Origin: Dehalococcoidia bacterium
GTDB lineage: Bacteria; Chloroflexota; Dehalococcoidia; Lucifugimonadales; Australimonadaceae
DNA length: 64,000 nt
NCBI GenBank assembly: GCA_022820645.1
Contig: JAJEFD010000006.1
Coordinates: forward strand, 79,537 to 143,536
Direction of reading: 5' to 3'
Shown: positions 60,897 to 64,000 of the stretch, in pieces
How the letters are laid out: the number at the start of each line of letters is the position of its first letter
Position numbering within the stretch: position 1 is the stretch's first letter
Program-made: the position numbers and the translations under genes
Notes under the pieces: generated by a model
The model's input: only the letters and a program-made list of their open reading frames with translations
Databases searched by the model: none
What the model was told of the DNA's origin: nothing

Positions 60897-62927
60897 CTAG
60901 CTCAACCAGTCCAGGATGAACGGGGTCGGCCAGATGACGGCAAGAGCAAAGTCAAAGAAGAGCAGGTTCAGGATGAGGATGGTGACGCCGGCGACGATGC
61001 CTCCGATCACGCCTGTCCTGTTCTGCATCATCAACATCGGGCCGAGCGTGGCGATGACTATCGCGCCCCACTTCAACCCCTCCTCCATCAGGCCGGTCAT
61101 CAGGAGCATGGAAAGCAGCATGATGAGGAAGATGAGTCCGGCCGATCGGGCTCCCTCCATCCCGCGACTGCGTATGCCGATGTCCATAATCTCGCCCGTC
61201 TCTGCGCCCAATCCTTCTCGAACGAGCTGAATGACACAGAGTCCCAGACCGATGATCGCGAGGCTCATCGGGAACCACTTGCCGAAGAACGAGAAACTCG
61301 TCGCTTCCCAGATGGCGTATCCGAGGACGAATATCGCGACCAGCGTGAAGAGGTGCTCCTCCCGCCAGCGCCAGCGCCAGCGGCGTGCGGGAGCGCCCGG
61401 GGCTTCGCCTGCCGGTGGCGCGAGCCTGGTGGATGTGACTTCGTCCTCGGAGGTGCTCATCCCTCCACTCATGAACCTGGTGAAGAGCGCTCCCATCGCG
61501 ATTGCCAGGATAACGAGCACGATGAAGAGCGGGCGCGTGAATGTGCCCACCCAGTCATAGCGGGCGACGGAGTCAGTGATGTTCTTCTCAATGATGGGGC
61601 CCAGGATGAAGCCAATGAGCAGCGGGGGGCGCGGCCAGCGGTAGCGCTTCATGAGCATTCCCAGCACAGCGCCGCCGAGCACGATGGCTATTGCGCTCAC
61701 GTCCCGCGTGTCCTGGAACGCGGCCAGAAGCGATATGGGGATGATGAGGAATCCGAGCACCGGGTACGGGATGAGCGTGAGACGCGCCATCTGTCGCGTG
61801 AACCCGAACCCGAGCAGCGTCACGAACAGGTTCCCCAGCCCAAGGCTGACGATGATCATGATGGTGATGTCAGCGTGGTCCTCCAGCATCCGCGGGCCCG
61901 GAGCGATGCCATACGCAAGCATGGCGACGATAACGAACGCCCACGCCCGCCCGCCCGGTATCCCAAGTGCGAGCGTGGGGACCGCCTGTCCACCCTCTTT
62001 CGAGTTCTGGGCGGATTCGGCGAACAGCACGCCGTCCAGCGAGCCCTTGCCGAACTGGCTCTTGTCCTTGGTCCAGAAGATGCCGAAGGCGTAGGACATC
62101 CAGTCCACGACGCCGCTGCCGATGCCGGGCACCGCGCCGAGAAAAACGCCGAAGAGCGATTGCCGGATAGCCACGTGCCAGCGCGAAAAGCCGTATCGCG
62201 CACCGCTGAATATCTCGCTGTAGCTGATGCGGGCGTCCTTGGGGGCGAGTGGCTTGCGCGTCATCGTGAGGTCGATGATCTCCGGCAGAGCGAACACGCC
62301 GATGGTCGTGGCGATGAGCGGCAGGCCTGTCCAGAGCAACCATTCCTGTTCGAAGGAATACCGGAAGTCGAGACCGATCGGGCCCACCGTGCTGAGCAAC
62401 ATCCCGAAGATGCCCGCCGCGATGCCCTTGATCATCGCGCCGCCGCTCAGGGCTGCGACCATCGCGACACCGAACATCGCCATGGCGGCAATCTCGGCGA
62501 ACCCGAATGCAAGCACGAACGGTGCAATGACCGGGATGATGATGGCAAGTGCAAGCGCACCCACGACGCCGCCTATCGCCGAGACTGCGTATACGGCCCC
62601 CAGCGTATGGGCGGCGTAGCCGCGCTGAGCCAGCTGGTTCCCTTCCAGGAACGTGACCTGCGTCGCTCCGCCCGGCATGCCGAGCAGGATCGAGGGGATG
62701 GAGTCGAGCGTATTGTCGATCCCGGTCAGGGTCGCGAGCATCACGAGGCCGACCACCGGGTCCGACACCGAGATAACGATGAACGGAATCATGATGGCCA
62801 TCACGAGCGTTGCCGATATGCCCGGGATCAGGGCGATCGGCACGGTGATGAAGACAGCTACCAGGAATCCGGTCCAGTAACCTGCGGTCCCCAGATAGGA
62901 GAGTCCCGTCCAGAAGTCAGCCAGCAT
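60897..62927 (-). CDS. tctA: TTT large permease TctA with a fused C-terminal 4-TM (TctB-like) module, second locus
   Basis: TctA blocks (LLGMPGGATQVTFLEGNQLAQRG, AIGGVVGALALAIIIP). A linker follows (SGGMSTSEDEVTSTRLAPPAGEAPGAPARRWRWRWR), then about 170 aa with 4 TM helices. Total 676 aa. Confidence 0.75.
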   Translation of the reverse strand: MLADFWTGLSYLGTAGYWTGFLVAVFITVPIALIPGISATLVMAIMIPFIVISVSDPVVGLVMLATLTGIDNTLDSIPSILLGMPGGATQVTFLEGNQLAQRGYAAHTLGAVYAVSAIGGVVGALALAIIIPVIAPFVLAFGFAEIAAMAMFGVAMVAALSGGAMIKGIAAGIFGMLLSTVGPIGLDFRYSFEQEWLLWTGLPLIATTIGVFALPEIIDLTMTRKPLAPKDARISYSEIFSGARYGFSRWHVAIRQSLFGVFLGAVPGIGSGVVDWMSYAFGIFWTKDKSQFGKGSLDGVLFAESAQNSKEGGQAVPTLALGIPGGRAWAFVIVAMLAYGIAPGPRMLEDHADITIMIIVSLGLGNLFVTLLGFGFTRQMARLTLIPYPVLGFLIIPISLLAAFQDTRDVSAIAIVLGGAVLGMLMKRYRWPRPPLLIGFILGPIIEKNITDSVARYDWVGTFTRPLFIVLVILAIAMGALFTRFMSGGMSTSEDEVTSTRLAPPAGEAPGAPARRWRWRWREEHLFTLVAIFVLGYAIWEATSFSFFGKWFPMSLAIIGLGLCVIQLVREGLGAETGEIMDIGIRSRGMEGARSAGLIFLIMLLSMLLMTGLMEEGLKWGAIVIATLGPMLMMQNRTGVIGGIVAGVTILILNLLFFDFALAVIWPTPFILDWLS

Positions 62928-63058
62928 CGAAAGCTCCCATCAGGCCGTTTGACGACACGATTCTCGCGCTCCATTCGACCAGAGCGCTGAGCATTCCCTC
63001 GATCTGTGGAAAAGCGGGGCGGCGCGGAGATTCCGCGCCGCCCCTCGGAGTCAGGTGG

Positions 63059-64000
63059 CTAGCCGCCCACGTACTGGGAGAAGTACTTCGGCAGAAGTCG
63101 AGCAGCCTGCTCGTCAACGACGGCCTGTGAGCCCTCGAACAGGTCCTCGTTTTCCTTCGTCGCCGCCGTCAATTCAGCCCTGCCGATCCAGCCAGGCTCC
63201 TCACCTGCCACGCCGGCGTACTTCTGGATGAGCTCTGCGTCAGTGGTGAGCGCTTCCTCGAATGCAGAAGAGAGCGCATCCGCGATGTGGTCCGGTGTGC
63301 CCGGCGGCAGCCAGAGCGCCTTCGACGCGTAGTTCGTCGGGCCGATCAGGGAGTTGAAGATGAACGTCTGATCGTCGTTGAGGTGATCGCGTACGTCTCC
63401 GCAGTGCGGCTCTGTCTGCGCATTGGCGCGCAACTGGCCGGGTCCCATGCCTGCCATCGCACGCATCAGACCGCTCGGGATCCAGTCCGGGTTCTCTACC
63501 GGGAACCGGTACCAGAGGCTGGAACGGACCGTGCTGTTGATGTCGCCGCGCGCCCACATCAGACGAACCGCGTTGGTGTCTACCGTCGTGAAGCCGAGGT
63601 AGGTGAAGGGGACGTCCAGCTGCTCGGACGCGTAGACGGTCGCCAGCATCGTCGGGTTACCCTCGGCGATGTCGGACAGCTCGTCCGCGAGGATGAACTC
63701 GCCGTGCGCGCCACCGCCCGTGCTGCTCTGGCCGGAGTAGTCCCAGAGGCAGCTCTCAGCAGCGCTCGCGCCAAGGTTACCGACCGGGTCATACAGCATC
63801 CACGCCCGTGTGGGGTCAATGGTAGAACCGAGCGCCTGGAACGTGCTGCGCTTGATGTTGAGCGTGCTGTCCGAGAAGCCGAAGTTCAACTGCGGCGTGC
63901 TGTTCCAAGAGATGTAGGTGCCGTCCTTCGGCGCCTCGGTCGCGGAGTAGATGTACTCCAGCGGTTTGTTCGGCTGGTTGGTGAACACAACGCGGGGGTT
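63059..64000 (-). CDS. TctC-like substrate-binding protein (5' end beyond the window)
   Basis: The reading frame stays open to base 64000. The C-terminal region LWLPPGTPDHIADALSSAFEEALTTDAELIQKY resembles TctC/Bug proteins and the 18979..20265 protein. Lies immediately upstream of the TctA-like gene. Confidence 0.55.
   Translation of the reverse strand, partial: NPRVVFTNQPNKPLEYIYSATEAPKDGTYISWNSTPQLNFGFSDSTLNIKRSTFQALGSTIDPTRAWMLYDPVGNLGASAAESCLWDYSGQSSTGGGAHGEFILADELSDIAEGNPTMLATVYASEQLDVPFTYLGFTTVDTNAVRLMWARGDINSTVRSSLWYRFPVENPDWIPSGLMRAMAGMGPGQLRANAQTEPHCGDVRDHLNDDQTFIFNSLIGPTNYASKALWLPPGTPDHIADALSSAFEEALTTDAELIQKYAGVAGEEPGWIGRAELTAATKENEDLFEGSQAVVDEQAARLLPKYFSQYVGG

Overview
This is a gene-dense window with high GC: hand counts of sampled 60-nt lines give about 68%, with three islets at about 53-60%. 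I support about 62 protein genes and one tRNA-Pro. There is no rRNA, CRISPR array, transposase, integrase or phage gene. Apart from a HigA antitoxin there is no recognisable transcription factor.

Housekeeping genes:
- trmD
- a MogA/MoaB-type gene
- class I ribonucleotide reductase nrdAB preceded by tandem NrdR-like boxes
- an ACT-domain malic enzyme
- cfa next to a diiron desaturase-like gene

These are interleaved with a large catabolic repertoire:
- five Rieske non-heme-iron oxygenase alpha subunits, four of them in tandem
- two 4,5-dihydroxyphthalate-decarboxylase-like proteins
- two amidohydrolase-2 enzymes
- a class II aldolase, dienelactone hydrolase and a thiolase-like/DUF35 pair
- SDRs, an aldo/keto reductase, and a TPP enzyme coupled to a ketopantoate-reductase-like gene
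- GGT, a class III aminotransferase and a GNAT
- two tripartite tricarboxylate transporter (TTT) loci with unusually long TctA permeases

Most interesting observations:
1. A two-gene module occurs twice: a 3-His bicupin followed by a full-length homologue of EutA, the reactivase of B12-dependent ethanolamine ammonia-lyase. There is no eutBC or other B12 enzyme anywhere in the window, and both EutA homologues carry His/Asp-rich N-terminal tails. I read this as a candidate undescribed cupin plus ATP-dependent chaperone/reactivase system.
2. A Bcp/PrxQ peroxiredoxin has an in-frame TGA exactly at the peroxidatic cysteine position, with a downstream hairpin. It is probably a selenoprotein that the ORF track splits in two.
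3. The tandem Rieske array has near-identical Rieske domains and a hypervariable catalytic segment.
4. Seven helically phased (C)TGCTCAT direct repeats lie in one intergenic region.
5. Three families of palindromic or MITE-like intergenic repeats are present. One of them rewrites the 3' end of a radical-SAM DNA-repair gene.
6. A GAAC-N4-GTTC LexA-type box lies in front of that same gene.

The window also holds a DUF433/DUF5615 toxin-antitoxin pair that is probably leaderless, and a decayed higB next to an intact higA.

The taxonomic impression is Chloroflexota-like. It rests on an F420-type enzyme, long Pro/Thr-linker lipoproteins, the Rieske paralogue expansion and TTT transporters. This is only a guess.

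Many long ORFs in the track are antisense or out-of-frame shadows typical of high-GC DNA and were not called.
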